A DNA stretch of 64,000 nucleotides from Eledone cirrhosa (lineage: Eukaryota). Where the stretch lies: NCBI GenBank assembly GCA_964016885.1, contig OZ024743.1:135718001-135782000 (forward strand), in the 5' to 3' direction. The notes under the pieces were generated by a model that saw only the letters and a list, made by a program, of their open reading frames with translations, had not been told where the DNA came from and made no database searches. The position numbers were made by a program, and so were the translations under genes. Position 1 is the first letter of the stretch. Every line of letters begins with the position of its first letter. Positions 49,851-62,300 of the stretch are shown here, piece by piece.

Positions 49851-50368
49851 GCTTGGTGCTTGGTGTTTGGTGCTTGGTGTTTGGTGCTTGGTGTTTGGTG
49901 CTTGGTTCTTGGTGCTTGGTGTTTGGTGCTTGGTGTTTGGTGCTTGGTGTTTGGTGTTTGGTGCTAGGTGCTTGGTGTTTGGTGCTTGGTGCTTGGTGTT
50001 TGTACTTGGTGCTTGGTGCTTGGTTCTTGGTGTTTGGTGCTTGGTGCTTGGTGTTTGTTGCTTGGTGCTTGGTGTTTGGTGCTTGGTGTTTGGTGCTTGG
50101 TGTTTGGTGCTTGGTTCTTGGTGCTTGGTGTTTGGTGCTTGGTGTTTGGTGCTTGGTGTTTGGTGTTTGGTGCTAGGTGCTTGGTGTTTGGTGCTTGGTG
50201 CTTGGTGTTTGTACTTGGTGCTTGGTGCTTGGTTCTTGGTGTTTGGTGCTTGGTGCTTGGTGTTTGTTGCTTGGTGCTTGGTGTTTGGTGCTTGGTGTTT
50301 GGTGCTTGGTGTTTGGTGCTTGGTTCTTGGTGCTTGGTGTTTGGTGCTTGGTGTTTGGTGCTTGGTGT
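49850..50368 (+). repeat. Local 209-bp tandem repeat (~2.5 copies; 30 units including one 6-bp unit)
   Basis: GCTAGG has its A at 49966 and 50175, each followed by TTGTAC, TTGGTTC and TTGTTGC in the same order. ORF starts 49968/50177. Confidence 0.85.
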
Positions 50369-52559
50369 TAGGTGTTTGGTGCTTGGTGTTTGGTGCTTGG
50401 TACTTGGTGCTTGGTGCTTGGTGTTTGTACTTGGTGCTTGGTGCTTGGTTCTTGGTGTTTGGTGCTTGGTGCTTGGTGTTTGGTGCTTGGTGCTTGGTGT
50501 TTGGTGCTTGGTGTTTGGTGCTTGGTGCTTGGTGCTTGGTGTTTGTACTTGGTGCTTGGTGCTTGGTGTTTGGTTCTTGGTTCTTGGTGTTTGGTACTTG
50601 GTGCTTGGTGCTTGGTGCTTGATGTTTGGTGTTTGGTGGTTGGTGTTTGGTGCTTGGTGCTTGGTGCTTGGTGTTAGGTGTTTGGTGCTTGGTCCTTGGT
50701 GTTTGGTGCTTGGTGTTTGGTGTTTGCTGTCTGCTTTTTGGTGTTTAGTGTTTGCTGTATGGTGTTTGGTGTTTGCTGTTTGGTGTTTGGTCTTTGGTGC
50801 TTGGTGTTTGGTGCTTGGTGCTTGGTGTTTGGTGTTTGGTGCTTAGTGCTTGGTGTTTGGTGTTATATGCTTGGTGTTTGATGCTTGGTGCTTGGTGCTT
50901 GGTGTTTGGTGTTTGGTGTTTGTACTTGGTGCTTGGTGCTTGGTGCTTGGTGTTTGGTGCTTGGTGTTTGGTGCTTGGTGCTTGGTGCTTGGTGCTTGGT
51001 GCTTGGTGTTTGGTGGTTGGTGTTTGGTGCTTGGTGTTAGGTGTTTGGTGCTTGGTGCTTGGTGTTTGGTGTTTGGTGCTTGGTGTTTGGTGTTTGGTGC
51101 TTGGTGTTTGGTGCTTGGTACTTGGTGCTTGGTGCTTGGTGTTAGGTGTTTGGTGCTTGGTGTTTGGTGCTTGGTGTTTGGTGCTTCGTGCTTGGTGTTT
51201 GGTGCTTGGTGTTTGGTGGTTGGTGTTTGGTGCTTGGTGTTAGGTGTTTGGTGCTTGGTGCTTGGTGTTTGGTGTTTGGTGCTTGGTGTTTGGTGTTTGG
51301 TGCTTGGTGTTTGGTGCTTTTTGCTTGGTGCTTGGTGCTTGGTGTTTGGTGCTTGGTTCTTGGTGTTTGGTGCTGGGTGCTTGGTGTTTGGTGTTTGGTG
51401 TTATATGCTTGGTGTTTGGTGCTTGGTGATTGGTGCTTGGTGTTTGGTGCTTGGTGTTTGGTGTTTGGTGCTAGGTGCTTGGTGTTTGGTGCTTGGTGCT
51501 TGGTGTTTGTACTTGGTGCTTGGTGCTTGGTTCTTGGTGTTTGGTGCTTGGTGCTTGGTGTTTGGTGCTTGGTGCTTGGTGTTTGGTGCTTGGTGTTTGG
51601 TGCTTGGTGTTTGGTGCTTGGTTCTTGGTGCTTGGTGTTTGGTGCTTGGTGTTTGGTGCTTGGTGTTAGGTGTTTGGTGCTTGGTGTTTGGTGCTTGGTA
51701 CTTGGTGCTTGGTGCTTGGTGTTAGGTGTTTGGTGCTTGGTGTTTGGTGTCTGGTTTTTGGTGCTTGGTGCTTGGTGTTTGGTGCTTGCTGCTGGCTGCT
51801 TGGTGTTTGGTGCTTGGTGATTGGTGCTTGGTGTTTGGTGCTTGGTGTTTGGTGTTTGGTGCTAGATGCTTGGTGTTTGGTGCTTGGTGCTTGGTGTTTG
51901 TACTTGGTGCTTGGTGCTTGGTTCTTGGTGTTTGGTGCTTGGTGCTTGGTGTTTGGTGCTTGGTGCTTGGTGTTTGGTGCTTGGTGTTTGGTGCTTGGTG
52001 CTTGGTGCTTGGTGTTTGTACTTGGTGCTTGGTGCTTGGTGTCTGGTTCTTGGTTCTTGGTGTTTGGTACTTGGTGCTTGGTGCTTGGTGCTTGATGTTT
52101 GGTGTTTGGTGGTTGGTTTTTGGTGCTTGGTGCTTGGTGCTTGGTGTTAGGTGTTTGGTGCTTGGTCCTTGGTGTTTGGTGCTTGGTGTTTGGTGTTTGC
52201 TGTCTGCTTTTTGGTGTTTAGTGTTTGCTGTATGGTGTTTGGTGTTTGCTGTTTGGTGTTTGGTCTTTGGTGCTTGGTGTTTGGTGCTTGGTGCTTGGTG
52301 TTTGGTGTTTGGTGCTTGGTGCTTGGTGTTTGGTGTTATATGCTTGGTGTTTGATGCTTGGTGCTTGGTGCTTGGTGTTTGGTGTTTGGTGTTTGTACTT
52401 GGTGCTTGGTGTTTGGTGGTTGGTGTTTGGTGCTTGGTGTTAGGTGTTTGGTGCTTGGTGCTTGGTGTTTGGTGTTTGGTGCTTGGTGTTTGGTGTTTGG
52501 TGCTTGGTGTTTGGTGCTTGGTACTTGGTGCTTGGTGCTTGGTGTTAGGTGTTTGGTGC

Positions 52560-55500
52560 TTGGTGTTTGAGCTTGGTGTTTGGTGCTTGGTGCTTGGTGC
52601 TTGGTGCTTGGTGTTTGGTGGTTGGTGTTTGGTGCTTGGTGTTAGGTGTTTGGTGCTTGGTGCTTGGTGTTTGGTGTTTGGTGCTTGGTGTTTGGTGTTT
52701 GGTGCTTGGTGTTTGGTGCTTTTTGCTTGGTGCTTGGTGCTTGGTGTTTGGTGCTTGGTTCTTGGTGTTTGGTGCTGGGTGCTTGGTGTTTGGTGTTTGG
52801 TGTTATATGCTTGGTGTTTGATGCTTGGTGCTTGGTGCTTGGTGTTTGGTGTTTGGTGCTTGGTGTTTGATGCTTGGTGCTTGGTGCTTGGTGTTTGGTG
52901 CTTGGTGCTTGGTGTTTGGTGCTTGGTGCTTGGTGTTTGGTGTTTGGTGCTTGGTGTTTGGTGCTTGGTGCTTGGTGCTTGGTGCTTGGTGTTTGGTGGT
53001 TGGTGCTTGGTGCTTGGTGTTAGGTGTTTGGTGCTTGGTGCTTGGTGTTTGGTGTTTGGTGCTTGGTGTTTGGTGTTTGGTGCTTGGTGTTTGGTGCTTG
53101 GTACTTGGTGCTTGGTGCTTGGTGTTAGGTGTTTGGTGCTTGGTGTTTGGTGTATGGTTTTTGGTGCTTGGTGCTTGGTGTTTGGTGCTTGCTGCTGGCT
53201 GCTTGGTGTTTGGTGCCTGGTGATTGGTGCTTGGTGTTTGGTGCTTGGTGTTTGGTGTTTGGTGCTAGGTGCTTGGTGTTTGGTTCTTGGTGCTTGGTGT
53301 TTGTACTTGGTGCTTGGTGCTTGGTTCTTGGTGTTTGGTGCTTGGTGCTTGGTGTTTGGTGCTTGGTGCTTGGTGTTTGGTGCTTGGTGTTTGGTGCTTG
53401 GTGTTTGGTGCTTGGTGCTTGGTGCTTGGTGTTTGGTCCCTGGTGTTTGGTGCTTGGTGTTAGGTGTTTGGTACTTGGTGCTTGGTGTTAGGTGTTTGGT
53501 GCTTGGTGTTTGGTGCTTGGTGTTTGGTGCTTGGTGCTTGGTGCTTGGTGCTTGGTGTTTGGTGGTTGGTGTTTGGTGCTTGGTGTTAGGTGTTTGGTGC
53601 TTGGTGCTTGGTGTTTGGTGTTTGGTACTTGGTGTTTGGTGTTTGGTGCTTGGTGTTTGGTGCTTTTTGCTTGGTGCTTGGTGCTTGGTGTTTGGTGCTT
53701 GGTGCTTGGTGTTTGGTGCTGGGTGCTTGGTGTTTGGTGTTTGGTGTTATATGCTTGGTGTTTGATGCTTGGTGCTTGGTGCTTGGTGTTTGGTGTTTGG
53801 TGCTTGGTGTTTGATGCTTGGTGCTTGGTGCTTGGTGTTTGGTGCTTGGTGCTTGGTGTTTGGTGCTTGGTGCTTGGTGTTTGGTGATTGGTGTTTGGTG
53901 CTTGGTGTTTGGTGCTTGGTGCTTGGTGCTTGGTGCTTGGTGTTTGGTGGTTGGTGCTTGGTGCTTGGTGTTAGGTGTTTGGTGCTTGGTGCTTGGTGTT
54001 TGGTGTTTGGTGCTTGGTGTTTGGTGTTTGGTGCTTGGTGTTTGGTGCTTGGTACTTGGTGCTTGGTGATTGGTGTTAGGTGTTTGGTGCTTGGTGTTTG
54101 GTGTTTGGTGCTTGCTGCTGGCTGCTTGGTGTTTTGTGCTTGGTGATTGGTGCCTGGTGTTTGGTGCTTGGTGTTTGGTGTTTGGTGCTAGGTGCTTGGT
54201 GTTTGGTGCTTGGTGCTTGGTGTTTGTACTTGGTGCTTGGTGCTTGGTTCTTGGTGTTTGGTGCTTGGTGCTTGGTGTTTGGTGCTTGGTGCTTGGTGTT
54301 TGGTGCTTGGTGTTTGGTGCTTGGTGTTAGGTGTGTGGTGCTTGGTGCTTGGTGTTTGGTGTTTGGTGCTTGGTGTTTGGTGTTTGGTGTTATATGCTTG
54401 GTGTTTGATGCTTGGTGCTTGGTGCTTGGTGTTTGGTGCTTGGTGTTTGATGCTTGGTGCTTGGTGCTTGGTGTTTGGTGCTTGGTGCTTGGTGTTTGGT
54501 GTTTGGTGCTTGGTGTTTGGTGTTTGGTGTTATATGCTTGGTGTTTGATGCTTGGTGCTTGGTGCTTGGTGTTTGGTGTTTGGTGCTTGGTGTTTGATGC
54601 TTGGTGCTTGGTGCTTGGTGTTTGGTGCTTGGTGCTTGGTGCTTGGTGTTTGGTGTTTGGTGCTTGGTGTTTGGTGCTTGGTGTTTGGTGCTTGGTGCTT
54701 GGTGCTTGGTGTTTGGTGGTTGGTGCTTGGTGCTTGGTGTTAGGTGTTTGGTGCTTGGTGTTAGGTGTTTGGTGTTTGGTGCTTGGTGTTTGGTGTTTGG
54801 TGTTTGGTGTTTGGTGCTTGGTACTTGGTGCTTGGTGCTTGGTGTTAGGTGTTTGGTGCTTGGTGTTTGGTGTCTGGTTTTTGGTGCTTGGTGCTTGGTG
54901 TTTGGTGCTTGCTGCTGGCTGCTTGGTGTTTGGTGCTTGGTGATTGGTTCTTGGTGTTTGGTGCTTGGTGTTTGGTGTTTGGTGCTAGGTGCTTGGTGTT
55001 TGGTGCTTGGTGCTTGGTGTTTGTACTTGGTGCTTGGTGCTTGGTTCTTGGTGTTTGGTGCTTGGTGCTTGGTGTTTGGTGCTTGGTGCTTGGTGTTTGG
55101 TGCTTGGTGTTTGGTGCTTGGTGTTTGGTGCTTGGTGCTTGGTGCTTGGTGTTTGGTGCTTGGTGTTTGGTGCTTGGTGTTAGGTGTTTGGTGCTTGGTG
55201 CTTGGTGTTAGGTGTTTGGTGCTTGGTATTTGGTGCTTGGTGTTTGGTGCTTGGTGCTTGGTGCTTGGTGCTTGGTGTTTGGTGGTTGGTGTTTGGTGCT
55301 TGGTGTTAGGTGTTTGGTGCTTGGTGCTTGGTGTTTGGTGTTTGGTGCTTGGTGTTTGGTGTTTGGTGCTTGGTGTTTGGTGCTTTTTGCTTGGTGCTTG
55401 GTTCTTGGTGTTTGGTGCTGGGTGCTTGGTGTTTGGTGTTTGGTGTTATATGCTTGGTGTTTGATGCTTGGTGCTTGGTGCTTGGTGTTTGGTGTTTGGT

Positions 55501-56720
55501 GCTTGGTGTTTGATGCTTGGTGCTTGGTGCTTGGTGTTTGGTGCTTGGTGCTTGGTGCTTGGTGTTTGGTGCTTGGTGTTTGGTGCTTGGTATTTGGTGC
55601 TTGGTGCTTGGTGCTTGGTGTTTGGTGGTTGGTGCTTGGTGCTTGGTGTTAGGTGTTTGGTGCTTGGTGCTTGGTGTTTGGTGCTTGGTGTTTGGTGTTT
55701 GGTGTTTGGTGTTTGGTGCTTGGTACTTGGTGCTTGGTGCTTGGTGTTAGGTGTTTGGTGCTTGGTGTTTGGTGTCTGGTTTTTGGTGCTTGGTGCTTGG
55801 TGTTTGGTGCTTGCTGCTGGCTGCTTGGTGTTTGGTGCTTGTTGATTGGTGCTTGGTGTTTGGTGCTAGGTGCTTGGTGTTTGGTGCTTGGTGCTTGGTG
55901 TTTGTACTTGGTGCTTGGTGCTTGGTTCTTGGTGTTTGGTGCTTGGTGCTTGGTGTTTGGTGCTTGGTGCTTGGTGTTTGGTGCTTGGTGTTTGGTGCTT
56001 GGTGTTTGGTGCTTGGTGCTTGGTGCTTGGTGTTTGGTGCTTGGTGTTTGGTGCTTGTTGTTAGGTGTTTGGTGCTTGGTGCTTGGTGTTAGGTGTTTGG
56101 TGCTTGGTGTTTGGTGCTTGGTGTTTGGTGCTTGGTGCTTGGTGCTTGGTGCTTGGTGTTTGGTGGTTGGTGTTTGGTGCTTGGTGTTAGGTGTTTGGTG
56201 CTTGGTGCTTGGTGTTTGGTGTTTGGTGCTTGGTGTTTGGTGTTTGGTGCTTGGTGTTTGGTGCTTTTTGCTTGGTGCTTGGTGCTTGGTGTTTGGTGCT
56301 TGGTGCTTGGTGTTTGGTGCTGGGTGCTTGGTGTTTGGTGTTTGGTGTTATATGCTTGGTGTTTGATGCTTGGTGCTTGGTGCTTGGTGTTTGGTGTTTG
56401 GTGCTTGGTGTTTGATGCTTGGTGCTTGGTGCTTGGTGTTTGGTGCTTGGTGCTTGGTGTTTGGTGCTTGGTGCTTGGTGTTTGGTGCTTGGTGTTTGGT
56501 GCTTGGTGTTTGGTGCTTGGTGCTTGGTGCTTGGTGCTTGGTGTTTGGTGGTTGGTGCTTGGTGCTTGGTGTTAGGTGTTTGGTGCTTGGTGCTTGGTGT
56601 TTGGTGTTTGGTGCTTAGTGTTTGGTGTTTGGTGCTTGGTGTTTGGTGCTTGGTACTTGGTGCTTGGTGCTTGGTGTTAGGTGTTTGGTGCTTGGTGTTT
56701 GGTGTCTGGTTTTTGGTGCT
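52560..56720 (+). repeat. Zone dominated by ~0.88-0.95 kb higher-order units, with a 140-bp local duplication (~54360-54630)
   Basis: ORF pairs 52646/53590 (944), 54849/55751 (902), 55212/56093 and 55310/56191 (881). TATATGC at 54391 and ~54531. Confidence 0.78.
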
Positions 56721-59379
56721 TGGTGCTTGGTGCTTAGTGTTTGGTGCTTGGTGCTTAGTGTTTGGTGCTAGGTGCTTGGTGTTTGGTGCTTGGTGCTTGG
56801 TGTTTGGTGCCTGGTGCTTGGTGTTTGGTGTTTGGTGTTTGGTGCTTGGTGCTTGGTGTTTGGTGTTTGCTGTTTGCTGTTTGTTGTTTGGTGTTTGCTG
56901 TTTGGTGTTTGGTGTTTGCTTTTTGGTGCTTGGTGTTTGATGCTTGGTGCTTGGTGCTTGGTGTTTGGTGCTTGGTGCTTGGTGTTTGGTGTTTGGTGCT
57001 TGGTGCTTGGTGTTTGGTGCTTGCTGCTGGCTGCTTGGTGTTTGGTGCTTGGTGATTGGTGCTTGGTGTTTGGTGCTTGGTGTTTGGTGTTTGGTGCTAG
57101 GTGCTTGGTGTTTGGTGCTTGGTGCTTGGTGTTTGTACTTGGTGCTTGGTGCTTGGTTCTTGGTGTTTGGTGCTTGGTGCTTGGTGTTTGGTGCTTGGTG
57201 CTTGGTGTTTGGTGCTTGGTGTTTGGTGCTTGGTGTTTGGTGTTTGGTGCTTGGTGCTTGGTGTTTGGTGCTTCGTGTTTGGTGCTTGGTGTTAGGTGTT
57301 TGGTGCTTGGTGCTTGGTGTTTGGTGTTTGGTGCTTGGCGTTTGGTGTTTGGTGTTATATGCTTGGTGTTTGATGCTTGGTGCTTGGTGCTTGGTGTTTG
57401 GTGCTTGGTGTTTGATGCTTGGTGCTTGGTGCTTGGTGTTTGGTGCTTGGTGCTTGGTGTTTGTACTTGGTGCTTGGTTCTTGGTGTTTGGTGCTTGGTG
57501 CTTGGTGTTTGGTGTTTGGTGCTTGGTGTTTGGTGCTTGGTGTTTGGTGCTTGGTGTTTGGTGCTTGGTGCTTGGTGTTTGGTGTTTGGTGCTTGGTGTT
57601 TGGTGCTTGGTGTTTGGTGTTAGGTGTTTGGTGCTTGGTGTTTGGTGTTTGGTGCTTGGTGTTTGGTGCTTGGTGTTTGGTGCTTGGTGTTTGGTGCTTG
57701 GTACTTGGTGCTTGGTGCTTGGTGTTAGGTGTTTGGTGCTTGGTGCTTGGTGTTTGGTTTTTGGTGCTTGGTGCTTGGTGTTTGGTGTTTGGGGCTTGCT
57801 GCTGGCTGCTTGGTGTTTGATACTTGGTGATTGGTGCTTGGTGTTTTGTGCTTGGTGTTTCGTGCTTGGTGTTTGGTGCTTGGTGCTTGGTGTTTGGTGC
57901 CTGGTGCTTGGTGCTTGGTGTTTGGTGTTTGGTGTTAGGTGCTTGATGCTTGGTGTTTGGTGCTTGGTGCTGGGTGGTTGGTGTTTAGTGCTTGGTGTTT
58001 GGTGCTGGGTGCTTGGTGTTTGGTGCTTGGTGCTTGGTCTTTGGTGCTTGGTGTTTGGTGTTTGGTGCTTGGTGCTTGGTGCTTGGTGTTTTGTGCTTGG
58101 TGCTTGGTGTTTGGTGCTTGGTGCTTAGTGTTTGGTGCTTGGTGCTTAGTGTTTGGTGCTAGGTGCTTGGTGTTTGGTGCTTGGTGCTTGGTGTTTGGTG
58201 CCTGGTGCTTGGTGTTTGGTGTTTGGTGTTTGGTGCTTGGTGCTTGGTGTTTGGTGTTTGCTGTTTGCTGTTTGTTGTTTGCTGTTTGCTGTTTGGTGTT
58301 TGGTGTTTGCTTTTTGGTGTTTGGTGTTTGCTGTATGTTGTTTGCTGTTTGGTGTTTGGTGTTTGGTGTTTCGTGCTTGGTGTTTGGTGCTTGGTGCTTG
58401 GTGTTTGGTGCCTGGTGCTTGGTGCTTGGTGCTTGGTGTTTGGTGTTTGGTGCTTGGTGCTTGGAGTTTGGTGTTTGGTGCTTGGTGCTTGGTGTTTTGT
58501 GTTTGGTGCTTGGTGCTTGGTGTTTGGTGCTTGGTGCTTGGTGCTTGGTGTTTGTACTTGGTGCTTGGTGTTTGGTTCTTGGTTCTTGGTGTTTGGTGTT
58601 TGGCGTTTGCTGTTTGGTGCTTGGTGCTTGGTGTTTGGTGCTTGGTGCTTGGTGTTTGGTGCCTGGTGCTTGGTGCTTGGTGTTTGGTGTTTGGTGCTTG
58701 GTGCTTGGTGCTTGGAGTTTGGTGTTTGGTGCTTGGTGCTTTGTGTTTTGTGTTTGGTGTTTGGTTTTTGGTGCTTGGTGCTTGGTCCTTGGTGTTTGGT
58801 GCTGGGTGCTTTGTGTTTGGTGCTTGGTGCTTGGTGTTTGGTGTTTGCTGCTTGGTGTTTGATGCTTGGTGCTTGGTGCTTGGTGTTTTGTGTTTGGTGC
58901 TTGGTTCTTGGTGTATGGTGCTTGGTGCTTGGTACTTGGTGTTTGTACTTGGTGCTTGGTGCTTGGTGTTTGGTTCTTGGTTCTTGGTGTTTGGTACTTG
59001 GTGCTTCGTGCTTGATGTTTGGTGTTTGGTGTTTGCTGTTTGGTGTCTGCTTTTTGGTGTTCAGTGTTTGATGTATGGTGTTTGGTGTTTGCTGTTTGGT
59101 GTTTGGTCTTTGGTGCTTGGTGTTTGGTGCTTGGTGCTTGGTGTTTGGTGTTTGGTGCTTGGTGCTTGGTGTTTGGTGTTTGGTGCTTGGTGTTTGGTGT
59201 TTGGTGCTTGGTGTCTGGTGCTTGGTGTTTGGTTTTTGGTGCTTGGTGTTTGGTGTTTGGTGTTTGGTGTTTGGTGCTTGGTGCTTGGTGTTTGGTGTTT
59301 GGTGCTTGGTGTCTGGTGCTTGGTGCTTGGTGCTTGGTGCTTGGTGTTTGGTGTTTGGTGCTTGGTGTTTGGTGCTTGG

Positions 59380-62300
59380 TGCTGGGTGGTTGGTGTTTGG
59401 TGCTTGGTGTTTGGTGCTGGGTGCTTGGTGTTTGGTGCTGGGTGCTTGGTGTTTGGTGCTTGGTGCTTGGTCTTTGGTGCTTGGTGTTTGGTGCTTGGTG
59501 CTTGGTGCTTGGTGTTTGGTGCTTGGTGCTTGGTGTTTGGTGCTTGGTGCTTGGTGTTTGGTTTTTGGTGCTTGGTGCTTGGTGTTTGGTGTTTGGTGCT
59601 TGCTGCTGGCTGCTTGGTGTTTGATGCATGGTGATTGGTGCTTGGTGTTTGGTGCTTGGTGTTTGGTGTTTGATGCTTGGTGCTTGGTGCTTGGTGTTTG
59701 GTGCTTGGTGCTTGGTGTTTGGTGCTTGGTGCTTGGTGTTTGGTGCTTGGTGTTTGGTGCTTGGTGTTTGGTGCTTGGTGCTTGGTGCTTGGTGCTTGGT
59801 GTTTGGTGGTTGGTGCTTGGTGCTTGGTGTTAGGTGTTTGGTGCTTGGTGCTTGGTGTTTGGTGTTTGGTGCTTGGTGTTTGGTGTTTGGTGCTTGGTGT
59901 TTGGTGCTTGGTACTTGGTGCTTGGTGCTTGGTGTTAGGTGTTTGGTGCTTGGTGCTTGGTGTCTGGTTTTTGGTGCTTGGTGCTTGGTGTTTGGTGTTT
60001 GGTGCTTGCTGCTGGCTGCTTGGTGTTTGATGCATGGTGATTGGTGCTTGGTGTTTGGTGCTTGGTGTTTGGTGTTTGATGCTTGGTGCTTGGTGCTTGG
60101 TGTTTGGTGCTTGGTGCTTGGTGTTTGATGCTTGGTGCTTGGTGTTTGGTGCTTGGTGTTTGGTGCTTGGTGTTTGGTGCTTGGTGCTTGGTGCTTGGTG
60201 CTTGGTGTTTGGTGGTTGGTGCTTGGTGCTTGGTGTTAGGTGTTTGGTGCTTGGTGCTTGGTGTTTGGTGTTTGGTGCTTGGTGTTTGGTGTTTGGTGCT
60301 TGGTGTTTGGTGCTTGGTACTTGGTGCTTGGTGCTTGGTGTTAGGTGTTTGGTGCTTGGTGCTTGGTGTCTGGTTTTTGGTGCTTGGTGCTTGGTGTTTG
60401 GTGTTTGGTGCTTGCTGCTGGCTGCTTGGTGTTTGGTGCTTGGTGATTGGTGCTTGGTGTTTGGTGCTTGGTGTTTGGTGTTTGGTGCTTGGTGATTGGT
60501 GTTTGTACTTGGTGCTTGGTGCTTGGTTCTTGGTGTTTGGTGCTTGGTGCTTGGTGTTTGGTGTTATATGCTTGGTGTTTGATGCTTGGTGCTTGGTGCT
60601 TGGTGTTTGGTGTTTGGTGTTTGATGCTTGGTGCTTGGTGTTTGGTGCTTGGTGCTTGGTGCTTGGTCCTTGGTGCTTGGTGTTTGGTGGTTGGTGTTTG
60701 GTGCTTGGTGTTAGGTGTTTGGTGCTTGGTGCTTGGTGTTTGGTGTTTGGTGCTTGGTGTTTGGTGTTTGGTGCTTGGTATTTGGTGCTTGGTACTTGGT
60801 GCTTGGTGCTTGGTGTTAGGTGTTTGGTGCTTGGTGTTTGGTGCTTGGTGTTTGGTGCTTGGTGCTTGGTGCTTGGTGCTTGGTGTTTGGTGCTTGGTGT
60901 TTGGTGCTTGGTGTTAGGTGTTTGGTGCTTGGTGCTTGGTGTTTGGTGTTTGGTGCTTGGTGTTTGGTGTTTGGTGCTTGGTGTTTGGTGCTTTTTGCTT
61001 GGTGCTTGGTGCTTGGTGTTTGGTGCTGGGTGCTTGGTGCTTGGTGTTTGGTGTTATATGCTTGGTGTTTGATGCTTGGTGCTTGGTGCTTGGTGTTTGG
61101 TGCTTGGTGCTTGGTGTTTGGTGCTTGGTGTTTGGTGCTTGGTGTTTGGTGCTTGGTGCTTGGTGCTTGGTGCTTGGTGTTTGGTGGTTGGTGCTTGGTG
61201 CTTGGTGTTAGGTGTTTGGTGCTTGGTGCTTGGTGTCTGGTTTTTGGTGCTTGGTGCTTGGTGTTTGGTGCTTGTTGCTGGCTGCTTGGTGTTTGGTGCT
61301 TGGTGATTGGTGCTTGGTGTTTGGTGCTTGGTGTTTGGTGTTTGGTGCTTGGTGTTTGTACTTGGTGTTTGGTGCTTGGTGTTTGGTGCTAGGTGCTTGG
61401 TGTTTGGTGCTTGGTGCTTGGTGTTTGGTGCCTGGTGCTTGGTGTTTGGTGTTTGGTGTTTGGTGCTTGGTGCTTGGTGTTTGGTGTTTGCTGTTTGCTG
61501 TTTGGTGTTTGTTGTTTGGTGTTTGTTGTTTGGTGTTTGCTGTTTGGTGTTTGGTGTTTGCTTTTTGGTGTTTGGTGTTTGATGTATGTTGTTTGCTCTT
61601 TGGTGTTTGGTGTTTGGTGTTTGGTGCTTGGTGCTTGGTGTTTGGTGCTTGGTGCTTGGTGTTTGGTGCCTGGTGCTTGGTGTTTGGTGTTTGGTGCTTG
61701 GTGCTTGGAGTTTGGTGTTTGGTGCTTGGTGCTTGGTGTTTCGTGTTTCGTGTTTGGTGCTTGGTGCTTGGTGCTTGGTCCTTGGTGTTTGGTGCTGGGT
61801 GCATTGTGTTTGGTGCTTGGTGCTTGGTGCTTGGTGCTTGGTGTTTGGTGTTTGCTGCTTGGTGTTTGATGCTTGGTGCTTGGTGCTTGGTGTTTTGTGT
61901 TTGGTGCTTGGTGGTTGGTGCTTGGTGTTTGGTGCTTAGTGCTTGGTGCTTGGTGTTTTGTGTTTGGTGCTTGGTGCTTGGTGTTCGGTGCTTGGTGCTG
62001 GGTGGTTGGTGTTTGGTGCTTGGTGTTTGGTGCTGGGTGCTTGGTGTTTGGTGCTGGGTGCTTGGTGTTTGGTGCTTGGTGCTTGGTGTTTGGTGCTTGG
62101 TGCTGGGTGGTTGGTGTTTGGTGCTTGGTGTTTGGTGCTGGGTGCTTGGTGTTTGGTGCTGGGTGCTTGGTGTTTGGTGCTTGGTGCTTGGTCTTTGGTG
62201 CTTGGTGTTTGGTGCTTGGTGCTTGGTGCTTGGTGTTTGGTGCTTGGTGCTTGGTGTTTGGTGCTTGGTGCTTGGTGTTTGGTTTTTGGTGCTTGGTGCT

